This document shows positions 46,681 through 62,898 of a stretch of DNA of 64,000 nucleotides, piece after piece. Within the stretch, counting starts at the first letter, position 1, and the number at the start of each line of letters is the position of its first letter. The stretch lies in the NCBI GenBank assembly GCA_951406725.2, contig OX597834.1, positions 8,618,001 through 8,682,000 of the forward strand, written 5' to 3'. Under the pieces are notes generated by a model, which was given only the letters and a program-made list of their open reading frames with translations, made no database searches and was not told the DNA's origin. The position numbers and the translations under genes were made by a program. Origin of the DNA: Octopus vulgaris (taxonomy: Eukaryota).

Positions 46681-48000
46681 GCGTGCATATGTATGTGAAG
46701 GAACGAAATCGATTTAATCCCTGATTCTACAGCTACTTCATCAACACTCACAAACTGGTGTGAATTTGAGTGAATTTTAATCGGTTTAATTTGAAATTTA
46801 GTGATTGAATCTGACACATTTATGTTTTAATAGTTACAAAAAACTATCTTGATGGCTACAGAAAGAAGAAAAAATTAGATTAGGGATTTTCTCATTAGTA
46901 GTGAAAAGCGAAAACATTGGGAAATAAAAAATATCTGAACTGTTGAATATTAATGATTACCCCACAAAAGAAAAAATAGAATACGAATGTGCATAGGAGG
47001 TCGAAATTGGTGAACAATAAAAAAAAAAAGGGATAACGTCGAGGCGTGAAAAAAATCAACGAAACAAATTTCGGAATAAAATATTATATTTTTCCCTGTA
47101 TATTGATTGAATATTTTTTAATCATCAAAACTGTTATTGAGAAAAATGTATAAATAAAATAAAGACCCCATTTTTCTCCCAAAGTGTTTTTTCGCATTTA
47201 ATATGAATACAATTTTTCATATCAAAAGAAGAAAAATCTGGAAAAGTTAGTAAATATATTTTAAATGTTTTAATTAATGAATGCAAATTTATGTAAGATT
47301 GCGAAATAATCACATGATTTAAAAAGAAAAAAAATTCGTTTGACATAGAGGCAAAATATTTTAATGCGATTCTGTTCAGCATTCCACATTGTATAAAGTC
47401 AGAATCGTTTCGATCCATCTGGGTCGTTAGATATGTATCAGCGGAAAACTGAGGTTGCGCTAACGAAATTATATCATATTCCAAATCTAAAATATTGCGT
47501 CTATTTTACGCGTATATACCCATGGGGTCCTCGACATTTCATCATATCCTGTGATTGTTTTCTTTACACGAAGAGGGTACGAAGACACTTAAGTCAAATT
47601 AAGCCAGCGGTGGCACTAAGGGCTGAGAGACAGTGGGAAAAATATGCAACTTATGTAAATATGTTCAATGATTTGCAACATTAAAGACATCGACAAAGCA
47701 ACAACTATTACTAATACTACCCACTATGACAACTGCAGGCTATACTAACTATTACTGTATCTATTACAACATATTTCCCCGATCAATATTGATAATTTAG
47801 AACACAATTATCACTGTCATTGGATCGATTACAACTACAACAGACATCAATATCATCACTTGTTCCGTTACTACTCTAACTATAACTACCATTATATCTT
47901 ACACCATAACAGAGAGTACTGCATCTACTACAATCACAAGTAATAACAGCACCAACAGCCGTACCTATGATCAGTTCCACTACACTATCCCTATAAACAC

Positions 48001-48216
48001 TGGTTTCAAATTTTGGCACAAGGCCGGCAATTTTGGGGAAGGTATAAGAGGATTATATCAACCTCAGTGTTCAACTGGTAGTTATTTCATCCACCCCGAA
48101 ATTATAAAAGGCAAAGTTGACCTCGAAGGCAAAGGTGACCCCATAACGTGAAGACAGACGAAATGCTGCCAAGACTTGTTCCCGGTTTGCTAACGATTTT
48201 ACAAGTTCACTGCCTT
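48001..48216 (-). mobile_element. Older SINE family B copy with old-type tail
   Basis: Tail TGGTTTCAAATTTTGGCACAAGGCCGGCAATTTTGGGG plus Meta-like module and head. Confidence 0.8.
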
Positions 48217-48234
48217 AGTATCCTTACAAATATG

Positions 48235-48467
48235 TATTTCTTTACTACCCACAAGGGGCTAAATACAGAGGGGACAAACAAGGACAGACAAACGGATTAA
48301 GTCGATTATATCAAGCCCAGTGCATAACTGGTTCTTAATTTATCGACCCCGAAGTGGTGAAAGGCAAAGTCAACCTCGGCGGAATTTGAACTCGGAACGT
48401 AACGGCAGACGAAATACGGCTACGCATTTCGCCCAGCGTGCTAACGTTTCTGCCAGCTCGCTGCCTT
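48235..48467 (-). mobile_element. SINE family B monomer
   Basis: TSD TATCCTTAC(A/C)AATAT at 48219-48233 and 48470-48484. Confidence 0.92.
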
Positions 48468-48505
48468 ACTATCCTTACCAATATTATCAAAACCATTAAC
48501 AAATC

Positions 48506-48691
48506 GGTGAGCAGGCAAAAACGTTAAGCACGAAGAACCAAAAGCCTTAATGGTGTTTCGCCCTTTATTTAAATTCTAAGATCAAATTGCGCCATGATTG
48601 ATAAAACAAGTAGAAATGAGCATTGGGGTCGATGTGATCGACTTAGCCCCTCCTCAGGATTGTTACTGATCCTGTGCCAAAATTTCAAAGC
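48506..48691 (+). mobile_element. Old degenerate SINE family B copy
   Basis: GGTGAGCAGGCAAAAACGTTA...TGGGGTCGATGTGATCGACTTA...CCTGTGCCAAAATTTCAAA. Confidence 0.65.
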
Positions 48692-49335
48692 AATATATTG
48701 AAATAATGGCAAATATAACGATGTTGTCTGTAGAACTCATTGAGTTGGTGGTGTTCATGGTATAAGTAAAATGATACAACGCCTAATTAATGGGAGGAAC
48801 ATTGCTAAGATTTAGATGAAAAATATGGCCGTACAATCATAAATAACTTGCTCCTAAACACACGAACAAAGAGAAAGATCTAAATAATTTTATTCTACTT
48901 CGACAAAGTGTCGCACTCGTTTGAAATTACTACGTTTCAGTTATGAGAATCTACTATAATAATTCTCTTGTGTTTTTCTCCGTCACTACATATGAATGGG
49001 AAAAGAAAAGGTGATAGATGAAAAAAGAAGGGAGAGGCGATGGTAAACTGGTGTGATGGTGAACATTCAACGCAGCAAAAAAACAGTAAAACAAAAAAAA
49101 AATCAGGGTTTCAACTCTGTGTAAGTATATGTGTGTGTATGCGTGTATAAAGGAAGTATGTGACTGTATGTGAACATTAACATGTGTATTAATTTGATAT
49201 ATCATCCATATTTATATATAAAACATTAGCCGTCATGTTTGACGGTTCGGAGATGCTAGTGAGAAATAATTATGTCGGTGAATCACGACTTAGAATCCAT
49301 TGGTAACAATGCACAGCAACGCTGAAACATATGCC

Positions 49336-49568
49336 TATTTCTTTACTACCCACAAGGGGCTAAACACAGAGTGGACAAACAAGGAGAAACAAAGGGATTA
49401 AGTCGATTATATCGACCCCAGTGCGTAAATGGTACTTATTTAATCGACCCCGAAAGGATAAAAGGCAAAGTCGACCTCGGCGGGATTTGAACTCAGAACG
49501 TCGCGGCAGACAAAATACCGCTGAGCATTTCGCCCGGCGTGCTAATGATTCTGCCAGCTCGCCGACTT
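49336..49568 (-). mobile_element. SINE family B monomer
   Basis: TSD GAAACATAT(G/A)CC at 49324-49335 and 49572-49583. Confidence 0.92.
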
Positions 49569-49631
49569 GCAGAAACATATACCCCGAGGTCAAATAGGGA
49601 TAAACAGAGGCCAATTGCGGTTTTACACATA

Positions 49632-50030
49632 TCTTTATATATAAAAGGGAGGTTGTGTGCTGTCTGTCTCCTACGATTTAGATTCCTAACTACTCCCACC
49701 TTTTGCGGTGCAGTTTAACCAAAACCGGGTATCTTATAGTCGTGATTCATATCGAGCCCTTCTGGGTATTAGCGCGCGTCTACGATGAATCTACGATTAA
49801 AAAAAAAAATTACCATCAATTTTTCCCATTTGTAATGCATTTTTGGCATATATAAGGGAATTAACTCTCTAAAAATTTATTATTAAATCTGAGAACGTAA
49901 AAAGCTACAGTAACACCGCCACTTCTTTGTGGTTAGCCATATTGAGATGGCTATTATACTTTACATCTCTAAAAATGCTTATATAGTTATTTCCCTTACA
50001 AACCCGAGCAACGCCGGGCGATACTGCTAG
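49632..50030 (+). mobile_element. Non-autonomous Helitron (second subfamily)
   Basis: A|TCTTTATATATAAAAGG...CCCGAGCAACGCCGGGCGATACTGCTAG|T; 3' ~65 bp nearly identical to the element at 34392-34773. Confidence 0.87.
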
Positions 50031-50459
50031 TATTCTCTATAAGGAGAGTATTTTCTGTTAAGATAGTCTCTACAACGTATGTCTTTCAATTTTGAGAAGT
50101 ACACGAATGCGTTAATCAAGCTTGTACTCAGCGTAGTTTTATTCTCAATCATCATAACTTCGCTCCTCACCTTACGTCTGTATATTCTATCACACAAAGT
50201 TTTCATCTTTTGTACACATACATATACGTAAGTACGAAATGATGTGTATAAATATGACTGTATTTTATTTGACATTCTTGTCAACACATATATATCACTC
50301 CCCGTCATTCTGCCTCTTACTCACTCACTCACTCACTCACTCACTCTCACTTAGTGTGTTTCCATCAAGTTCTCTCTCCTTCTTTATCTTTCTCATTGAC
50401 TAATTCTTTACTTCTCTGGTTCTAAAACGCAAGAACAAACGAATGCGATGAGACGGAGG

Positions 50460-51980
<1,521 letters not shown>

Positions 51981-52596
51981 AAACATAATCTTAAACTGTC
52001 TCTTACGCACACTCACATATGCTTATCTTCATGTATCCATGTACAGCTGCGCGCTCACACACACACTTGCACATACACTCATACACATGAGCTGTTATTT
52101 ATTTATTTATTTTTTTAGTTTTACCTGAAAATACTTGGCGACAGACTTCCATTTAAATACGGTCATGGGTAATAACTATGTACGTGTTTGTAAATATATA
52201 TACACGTATGTGACAGCGGGTTCAGGGATATTTTATGCTGAATAGCGATTTATATTTGTATATATGAGAGTTTGTTTGTATTAAGTGCTTCAGAGAGGCG
52301 ATGTTTATTCGGTCTTTCAGAATTTCGTCTAAAGCCAGCGTATCCCTGGGATTCTGCCGCTAACTGAAGTGTTAAACGATGTATGTAATGCAAGGAATAT
52401 CTGTGTATTTAAAATAACTTAGTAATGGGTTGTTTTGAAAGGTATACGTATCTTCGCTCGCAAACATACACATACAGATGCACGCATACAACACAATAGC
52501 TACAAACTTTACAAACAGTCACCAGCACAACTTGAATATATATTGTTCGACATACACGCAAAAGTAATGTTGGTTTTCTCTATTACAAAACTTCAC

Positions 52597-52650
<54 letters not shown>

Positions 52651-52814
52651 GCGGAAACACAAACACCTACGCGTACGCATTCACACACACGAATGAAAAC
52701 ATCGCTATTTGAGTATCAGCTTAAAAACATAATACCAAGATTATGAAACAACTATTAAATATTTCTAAATTTGGCATCAAAGTTCGATTCATGCTGTCGG
52801 TACTGTTCTCCCGT

Positions 52815-53206
52815 TGTGGAGGCGCAATGGCCCAGTGGTTAGGGCAGCTGACTCGCGGTCATAGGATCGCGGTTTCGATTCCCAGACCGGGCGTTGTGAG
52901 TGTTTATTGAGGGGAAACACCTAAAAAAGCTCCACGAGGCTCCGGCAGGGGATGGTGGTGATCCCTGCTGTACTCTTTCACCACAACTTTCTCTCACTCT
53001 TACTTCCTGTTTCTGTTGTACCTGTATTTCAAGAGGCCGGCCTTGTCACTCTCTGTGTCACGCTGAATATCCCCGAGAACTACGTTAAGGGTGCACGTGT
53101 CTGTGGAGTGCTCAGCCACTTACACGATAAATTCACGAGCAGGCTGTTCCGTTGATTCGGATCAACCGGAACCCTCATTGTCGTAACCGACGGAGTGCTT
53201 CCATCC
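52815..53206 (+). mobile_element. SINE family C long tail, full length and young
   Basis: Perfect 13-bp TSD ACTGTTCTCCCGT (52802-52814, 53207-53219). Confidence 0.93.
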
Positions 53207-53265
53207 ACTGTTCTCCCGTGTAACTTGGTCAATTTTTGTGTATGTATGTTTTTTTTCTGCTCAGG

Positions 53266-53438
53266 TTAGCAGTATTTCGTCTGCCGTTATGTTCTGAGTT
53301 TAAATTCCGCCGAGGTCGACTTTGCCTTTCATCCTGTCGCGGTCGATTAAATCGCGGTGGATATAATCGACTTAATCCGTTTGTCTGTCCTTCTTTGTCC
53401 TCTCTGTGTGTAGCCCCTTGTGGGTAGTAAAGAAATAG
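53266..53438 (+). mobile_element. SINE family B, 5'-truncated monomer
   Basis: Body from GTATTTCGTCTGCC to GTAAAGAAATAG, with an internal deletion. Confidence 0.88.
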
Positions 53439-53733
53439 GTATATAAACATGTGTTATTTTCATGTATATGTAGAGTACCTTTAATTTCATGTTTGTATGT
53501 AGTTAAGTTAAATAAATGAATGTGTCGGAGCGAGTATCTGTAATGATGATTAAATATATTTTCTGTGATTATGAATAGATATGTATATTAATGTGCTAAC
53601 GAGTGTGAAACTTATCTAACTATCGTTTAGTGAATCATTACAGGTCTCTATATTAGCGTGTGTATTTTAAGAGTAATATGAGAAAAAAAGTGAGGAATGA
53701 GTGTTTTTAGGACGAGTTGTAAACAATATGTGT

Positions 53734-53880
53734 AGGGGTGGCTGTGTGGTAAGTACCATGCTTACCAACCACACGGTTCCGGGTTCAGTGCCACTGTGTG
53801 GCACCTTGGACACCTGTCTTCTACTATAGCCCCGGGTCGATCAAAGCCCTGTGTGTGGCCTTATACCAAAACTTGAAACT
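53734..53880 (+). mobile_element. SINE A head joined to an old family B-type tail
   Basis: GTGGCTGTGTGGTAAG...CTACTATAGCCCCGGGTCGATCAAAGCC, then GGCCTTATACCAAAACTTGAAAC. Confidence 0.65.
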
Positions 53881-53899
53881 AATATATTTTAGCTCAGGC

Positions 53900-54216
53900 G
53901 CTCGGTGGCATTTCTTCCAACTTTTCGCTCTGTGTTAAATTTCCACTGAAGTCGACTATACCTGTTTCTTTATTACCCACAAGGGGCTAAACATAGAGGG
54001 GACAAACAAAGACAGACATAGGTATCAAGTCGATTACATCGACCCCAGTGCGTAACTGGTACTTAATTTATCGACCCCGAAAGGATGAAAGGCAAAGTCA
54101 ACTATACCTGCCATTTAATCGGGGTCGTTAACGTACATTGCAACTGAGCACACGCGCAGGTAAAATCAACATTCCTGACACAAAGATGATGCCCTTGTAC
54201 CAAAATCTTAAACCAA
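53900..54216 (+). mobile_element. Old SINE B copy containing a nested inverted young B fragment (53965-54100, minus)
   Basis: The nested copy is flanked by TSD ACTATACCTG (53955-53964, 54101-54110); the host continues TCGGGGTCG...CCTTGTACCAAAATCTTAAACC. Confidence 0.7.
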
Positions 54217-54317
54217 CAGTTATATTTTTGCCATGCAGTGCAATGTATATATGCATGTTGGTAGGTAGGCAGGTAAGTACATGTATTCATGTACGTATGT
54301 AGGTAGGTACAAGTATT

Positions 54318-54389
<72 letters not shown>

Positions 54390-55241
54390 GCTGTGTGTGT
54401 TCGTGTGTACGTGTTTGTGTGTGTGTGTCTGTGTGTAACGTCTCTCGAATGCGTATTCGAAGAACGAAATATAACCTGCAGCAGTCTACGATTCTAGTTT
54501 ATTGCAGGTAAATTTCCCACGTTGCCCTGATTTCTGAATAACAACTCACAGTTTCATAACCTATCCTGCTTTTAACTAATTATTCTATGGAGCGGTACAT
54601 AAACGTAACCCACTGTGGGATACGAACACGTAACTATAACAAAAACACCAAGAGATCTGGCATCTTGTCAAGAATGGAAGATTCGGTACAAACGAAATTT
54701 CGCCAGTATATTCATCATAATGTGTTAGATTCAAATATTTTACGTTAGAATTCAAATCCCAATAGAGTCTCTTTTAACTTTTAACCTGTGAGTTTTCTCG
54801 ACTAATTAGTGTCTGCAACTGTAGAGAAAGTAGCATCTGCAGCACCAGCATCAATAACACCAGCAGCTACATCAGTAGAGAACAGCAACAGAAGCAACAA
54901 TCTTCCATCGGTGTGGCGGGTTTGTGTTTCTTTTACACTGACATATTCTTGGCAAGAAGCTGAAATACACGACATGAAGCCTCTTGAAAGAGATAAGATA
55001 ACTTGGCATCAAAATAAAAGAAGGAAAACTATACCTTCCGTAAAACTCTTATGCGAAAGTAAGATAAGACAAGTGGTATAAGTATAATCGTACGATTTTA
55101 TGAGCAATCTGTCATATACCAGATATCATTGTAAGATGTATGAGATTATGATATAGATGTTAGAGAGAATTATGATTGAAGACTAAGATGTACGTGATAT
55201 ATCAAACATATGTAAACAACGATCATCTATATATATACATA

Positions 55242-55322
<81 letters not shown>

Positions 55323-55553
55323 GTATGTGTGTGTGTGTATGTGTGTGTATACATGTATATATATATATATGTGGGGGGGGTGTATTTATATATATTTATA
55401 TATACACACACACATATGTGTGTGTGTTTGCATGTGTATCTGTGTATTGTTTTACAGAAGTGTGTAGGTGTACATAGATAGTGTATACATACCAGCAAAC
55501 GCATATATAGGCTGATATAAATCGATCATACGATAGATAGACAAATAGATAGT

Positions 55554-55585
<32 letters not shown>

Positions 55586-55631
55586 AAGAAAGATAGGCAG
55601 ACAAGTCAGGCTACATGTGGCCTACAAACTA

Positions 55632-55632
55632 G

Positions 55633-55682
<50 letters not shown>

Positions 55683-55692
55683 AATGATAATG

Positions 55693-55742
<50 letters not shown>

Positions 55743-55758
55743 AATAAAAATAATAATA

Positions 55759-55789
<31 letters not shown>

Positions 55790-55850
55790 TGATAATAACA
55801 ACAACAATAACTAACAATAATAATAACAATAATAATGATAATAGTGATAA
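55632..55850. repeat. (AAT/GAT)n microsatellite
   Basis: Directly visible. Confidence 0.95.
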
Positions 55851-56292
55851 TATATCTGAGTGTCTGCGTGTGTATGTGTGCGTATGAATATAGACATGGA
55901 TACGCACACACACACACACACACACATATGTATATATACATGTATTATATTTAAATGCATATATACATGCATATCAATATGTGAGTATCAGGAGGTGTCT
56001 TATGTGCATGTATTTAAGAAGCCTCTCCATTGTTTACAACACAGCACATCCAAGGGAATTCCACACTTACTTTTAACTTGATTTCAAGATCAAGGTACTT
56101 CGGAACGTATAGAAATAGTGATACTCCAACATACCATGCTTTCAGATCGAAAACGTGTGGCAAAATCAAGTAGCAAATAGAATGTCTGCCACACGCATCA
56201 TACATAAGATAGCAGAGAAGACAGAGCGGGAAAAAGAGATAGAGAGAGTGAACGAAAGAGACACACAGTCGGAAACAATGCTTAATAAATAC

Positions 56293-56625
56293 ATTAAGCT
56301 TGATATTAAAGTAAAGGCCTGTACGTACCGGGATAGTGGACGCCATATAAGTAGCACATTGACCAGTTAGATGTCTTCCGCTATTTCAGTTAACTTACGG
56401 TCAATTATTAAGAAACAGAGTGTCTAATGTCGACCTGTTTAGCAAGTATAAGTTTAACGGAAACGTGAGCTTCCTTATTCAGTTGCAATTTCACTGAGTA
56501 GGTCATGTCGTCAGAATGAATTACGAAAGAAGACACAAAGTTCTCGTCTACATCCCGCTTGATAGAGGGCCCAGGAAAGTTGGTTGACCATATAGGTAGG
56601 TACAAGCCGAAGAGTATGTAATGAC
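56293..56625 (+). pseudogene. RTE-clade LINE fragment (region C-terminal to the reverse transcriptase domain)
   Basis: Translation RVSNVDLFSK...FLIQLQFH*VGHVVRMNYERRHKVLVYIPLDRGPRKVG*P resembles the RTE/Bov-B motif W.GHV.RM...R.PK..LY..L..G.R..GRP; upstream IKLDIKVK. Confidence 0.7.
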
Positions 56626-57356
56626 AGCCACGTAAGGACATCCTCTCAACGGTAAATATAGCTCACGAAACCTTAGCGCAAACACAATCATGTCAAACTA
56701 GTATAAGGGTCTTTGTTTCAAATAGCACTAGCACTCTAAGAAGGCTGAAAGGCAACTGAGAAAAGGGGTTGCAAAATTACCGCCTCCTTCGACATATCAT
56801 CCCCATTCTTGCAGCATCTGCGGGTTTCTTTGCAAATCAGTAGCGGAAGTCAAATGCGAAATTCGAAATAAAAAGTATTATGACTGACAAAGATAGTGTA
56901 GGTTGTCGGATCCTCATACATTGATACTGAAGTTAGATTCCCTTGTCGAGAACGACAAATGAGGGGCCAGTAAATAAAACGTTAATCATGCCTTATTGAC
57001 ACGAATGTGTTTCTTTCAGGCCTGCTGGTACCTTGAGAACCTTTTGGTAAAATGAACAAGTTGCGGACTTAGATTTCTTGAGTGCTTGTCAATCATTTTA
57101 CTATGTGTTTTCTGGAGTGGATGGCAAAGCCTGATTCGCTTCCTGCCACAAAAGCACAATAATAGGTAAGGTTTCCATTTAGAGGACTAACATATATATA
57201 GGGGGCTCAGTAATACCGAAAAATATTCAGAGGGAATATATAGTCAGACACTAATCTTTGTTAAAGGAAAGCAACTAGGTCATGTGTCAGATATTGAGAT
57301 AATCAAAAGACAAAGTTGTTTATAATTATTTTTTACGCATCGATCATCTTTAATTT

Positions 57357-57750
57357 CTTTTACTCTTTTAATTGTTGCTGTCATTGGCGTGCAGCCACGC
57401 TGGGGCACTACCTTCAAGGATTTAATCGAACAAATCGACACCAGTACTTGCATTTTTCTTATTATTTTATTTATTTATTTATTTTGTGTTTAAGTATAAC
57501 ACCTATTCTATTGTACTCTTTTGGCGGACCGCTATTTTACGAGAATGTAAGCGTCATAAAGCTCTAGTCATTCGCTGGTTGGGTATGAACACACCACAAA
57601 CACGCTTACATACACCTTTCTGCTATCAAATTCGCTCACAGATATTCCCTCACGGTTTTGGGCTATAGTAGATACCACTTGCCCAAAGTACCGTGCAGTA
57701 CGATTTAACCCAAAGCCATGTTGTTGGGAAGCGCACCTCTTAATTACAGA
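57357..57750 (-). mobile_element. Old degenerate SINE family A
   Basis: Degenerate tail, central and head motifs in the order expected for a minus-strand copy. Confidence 0.6.
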
Positions 57751-58267
57751 TAGGTGTTAGTTTCTTTTTCGTATATAATTTGCAAGATTCCTGATTTAAA
57801 TCCGTGTGTTGAAACAAATCTTGTCTCTTGAGAGAGTAATTATGCTAATAATGTTAAAAAAAAACATGCTATTTCAGTATCACTAACAACTAACCGAAAT
57901 ATTGACGAACATTGAAGGAACGATATTGGACCAGTGCGTATGTTTATTATTTTTGGCATACTGACCCATCCAGTATACAATAATATACGCTAGCACTTAG
58001 CAAAGTACTTCAGATGTGAGCGTGTTTTACTTTTAATTAGCCAAATTGGAAGAGGTGTAAATACCAAGAATGTAGCTAATTGATTTGTTTGTATGTTTTC
58101 TACATTAACAGGTTCCATTTTCGATTATTGTGTTTCTTATTAACTTGTAACCATGATGCATTCATTTATGTTTACTGGCATTTCTGACAACTGGGGCGTC
58201 CCCTATGTGGTTCCATCATAGGAACGAGAGAGGGGTTGTCAGTTACATACAGACATATATACTGAGA

Positions 58268-58864
58268 GGAGGTGAGCTGGCAGAAACATTAGCATGCCGG
58301 GCGAAATGCGTAGCCGTATTTCGTCTGTCATTACGTTCCAAGTTCAAATTCCGCCGAGGTCGACTTTGCCTTTCATCTTTTCGGGGTCGATTAAATAAGT
58401 ACCAGTTACGCACTGGAGTAGATATAATCGACTTAATCCGTTTGTCTGTCCTAGTTTGTCCTCTCTGTGTTTAGCCCCTTGTGGGTAGTAAAGAAATAAG
58501 TATTTCGTCTGCTGTTACGTTCCCAGTTCAAATTTCGCCGAGGTCGACTTTGCCTTTCATCTTTTTGGGGTCGATAAAATAAGTACCAGTTACGCACTGG
58601 AGTCGATGTAATCCACTTAATCCGTTTGTCTGTCCTTGTTTGTCCTCTCTGTGTTTAGCCCCTTGTGGGTAGTAAAGAAATAAGTATTTCGTCTTCTGTT
58701 ACGTTCCGAGTTCAAATTCCGCCGAGGTTGACTTTGCCTTTCATCTTTTCCGGGTCGATTAAATAAGTACCAGTTACACACTGGGTCGATGTAATCGACT
58801 TAATCCGTTTGTCTGTCCTAGTTTGTCCTATCTGTGTTTAGCCCCATGTGGGTAGTAAAGAAAT
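58268..58864 (+). mobile_element. SINE family B concatemer: one head + 3 bodies
   Basis: Three body units; TSD TATATACTGAGAGG at 58256-58269 and 58866-58879. Confidence 0.93.
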
Positions 58865-59639
58865 GTATATACTGAGAGGCGTATTGCTGGATGAATATAT
58901 AGTAAAAGAGAGATAGAGATAGAGAGAGAGAGGAAGAGGTAGAGAGTGAGAGCGGGAGATAGAGACAGACAATCAAACAGATGAACAAAGACGTGGAAAT
59001 CGGGAGTTGAGTGGATAGTCTAACACTGTGTAATGAATATGTACCAACAGAGGGTAGAGAAGATAGAACGGCAGAGCAAGGTGTGAAAAAAAATAAGTGA
59101 GAAAATCAGATGTGTAGATGGAGTACAACAGACGGTTCTAGATCAAAACACATCACACCGGAGTGGTAGAACTAAAATGACAGAGAACGTGTAGTGGCCG
59201 ACAGGGAGAAGTTTAAGGAGACCGACTGAAAGATTTAGACACGATGTCGTAGCAAGGAAACTTGATACTCGGGGTTGGCGAGGATGCGATAGATTGAAAA
59301 GGTGTTGATTTACAGATAAGAAATGGCGTACAGAAAAAGAAGAAGGGGCGCAGTGAGAAAGAGATTGAGAGAGATAAAGGAGAGAAAACGAGAGAGGGTG
59401 TGTGTAAGGCAGTAAGGAAAACGAGAAGAGAAATAAGAAAGAGCGGGGTACGTGTACCAAAACTAAAATGGAGTTAGAAAGAGAGGAAAATAGAGATAAA
59501 CTGAATTCTTAGTTACATACGAGTCGACATAAAGACATATAAACGAACGCGTATATAAGGGAGAAAGATAAGTAGATATGCAGATGGGTAGGTATATAAG
59601 ATGTTCATGCATAGCAACTGTAATTCTTGCTGCTTATTT

Positions 59640-61250
<1,611 letters not shown>

Positions 61251-62169
61251 CATACATAAATGTTATTCTTTTTAATTTCTCCTGTGATGTACTTGCTAGG
61301 GCACCGCCCATACGACATTAAGTCGATTATATCGACCCCCATCTACTTTCCTACGAACTTTCTCTTTCTCTGACCATCTCCTCATATCCATCTCTCCACC
61401 TATGCCTCTATATCTCTATGTATGTATCTACCTATCAGCCTCTCTATTAATGTATGTGTATATCCATCTGTTAACGTACCTAGCTATCAACCTCGATCTA
61501 TATACATTTGTATATACAAACGCGCACACATGAATACGAAGAAAGAAGACGGACCTCATGGTGTACAATCATGTTATTGTTGATCAATGAAAATATATTA
61601 GAAATATATATACCTAATATATATTTATAGCGTTCACTTTTATGTCAATGGTATAAATCTGTAGCCTTGACTGATGTTTATCTCACATTTTTCGGCTTAC
61701 TTCATTGGGTTCAAGTATTCTTTAACACTCAAACAATAATAATACCCTATGCCAAGAGAATGAATAAGCGCAAGATATATTAAATGTACTTTGGATTGAA
61801 ACGATCCAAGCAAAGAGCTTCAGTATGGTGCGTAAAGCTGAACTATTTGTTAAATGTCCTTCAAATTACATATTCAAATTGAAAAGGAAAGATGATTTGC
61901 ATATGTAGGACACGACATCAATGGCCGAGAAAACTTGCCATTGATCATAGATTTTCTGTATGAGTTCTGAAGTAGAGTTAAAGAGCCGTAACAACAATAT
62001 TGTGTAAAAGACAATAGAATGTTTTGATAACATATTCTGAGGCTCTTCTGTTTCTGATACTTTTATGAAAATCCTAAAAATAAAAGTATACATATGACTT
62101 TACTTGCAATTAATATTTAGTGATAATAAATCTTAGAGCGAGTTATAAACAGTAGCTGCAACACGTCGA

Positions 62170-62413
62170 GACGTATATTTGCCATTTAAACATGGCTAGC
62201 TCCTACGGGTTGCTGCTACTGTAGTTTGTAGCCTCTGGATGACACCTCCTCCAGCTGTCTTTAGACACACTTTCTGTGCCCTACTGTGCAAATACTGATA
62301 GGTCACAGAAAACGTGTCCTAAAGCCAGCTGGAAGAGGTGTCCTCCTGGGGCTACAAACTACAGTAGCATCCACCCTTAGGGGTTAGCCATATTTAAATG
62401 GCAAATATACGTC
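62170..62413. mobile_element. Foldback element, ~115-bp inverted arms with a short loop
   Basis: GACGTATATTTGCCATTTAAACATGGCTAGC...GCTACTGTAGTTTGTAGCC vs GGCTACAAACTACAGTAGC...TAGCCATATTTAAATGGCAAATATACGTC. Confidence 0.85.
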
Positions 62414-62898
62414 ACAATAATTAGGGATTTTAGAATTAATATTTAGGGTACCTGGTCGTGTTTGTGTCACGTTTTGGTAACTGATATGTCGATTCTAAAT
62501 CGCATTTTTTAACCAAGTAATTAAATTTGATTTTGTGTGGAAGAAGTTTGTAAGATGCTCATTAGAGGACTAGAGATACAAATCAAGAAACGACACATTG
62601 TTCTTAATGGCATCGGGAAGTGCAAATATCTGTGAATCTTGAAAGTTTGTCATCGAATTTCACTAATGAGAAGGATGTCGCCCAAATAACAGTGAGCGAT
62701 TTATAAAAAGAAATTTGTATTTTGTCCCGATACGACAAATTTAATTGCTAAGAAAAATGCAAATGGCAGTTTAACAAGAATCTTTATTGCGTACATGAAC
62801 CAAAACACAGTTCTTCCTAAAGCTGTCTTAATCTGACCACATTCATTTGAGAATTCTAGTGTGTGTGTGTGTGCATATATATAGAGACAGAGACAGAG

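Noticed and set aside
52815-52890. tRNA genes at SINE heads (also 39281, 19440)
   Set aside because: A/B boxes are present, but there is no complete cloverleaf and each continues into a SINE body.
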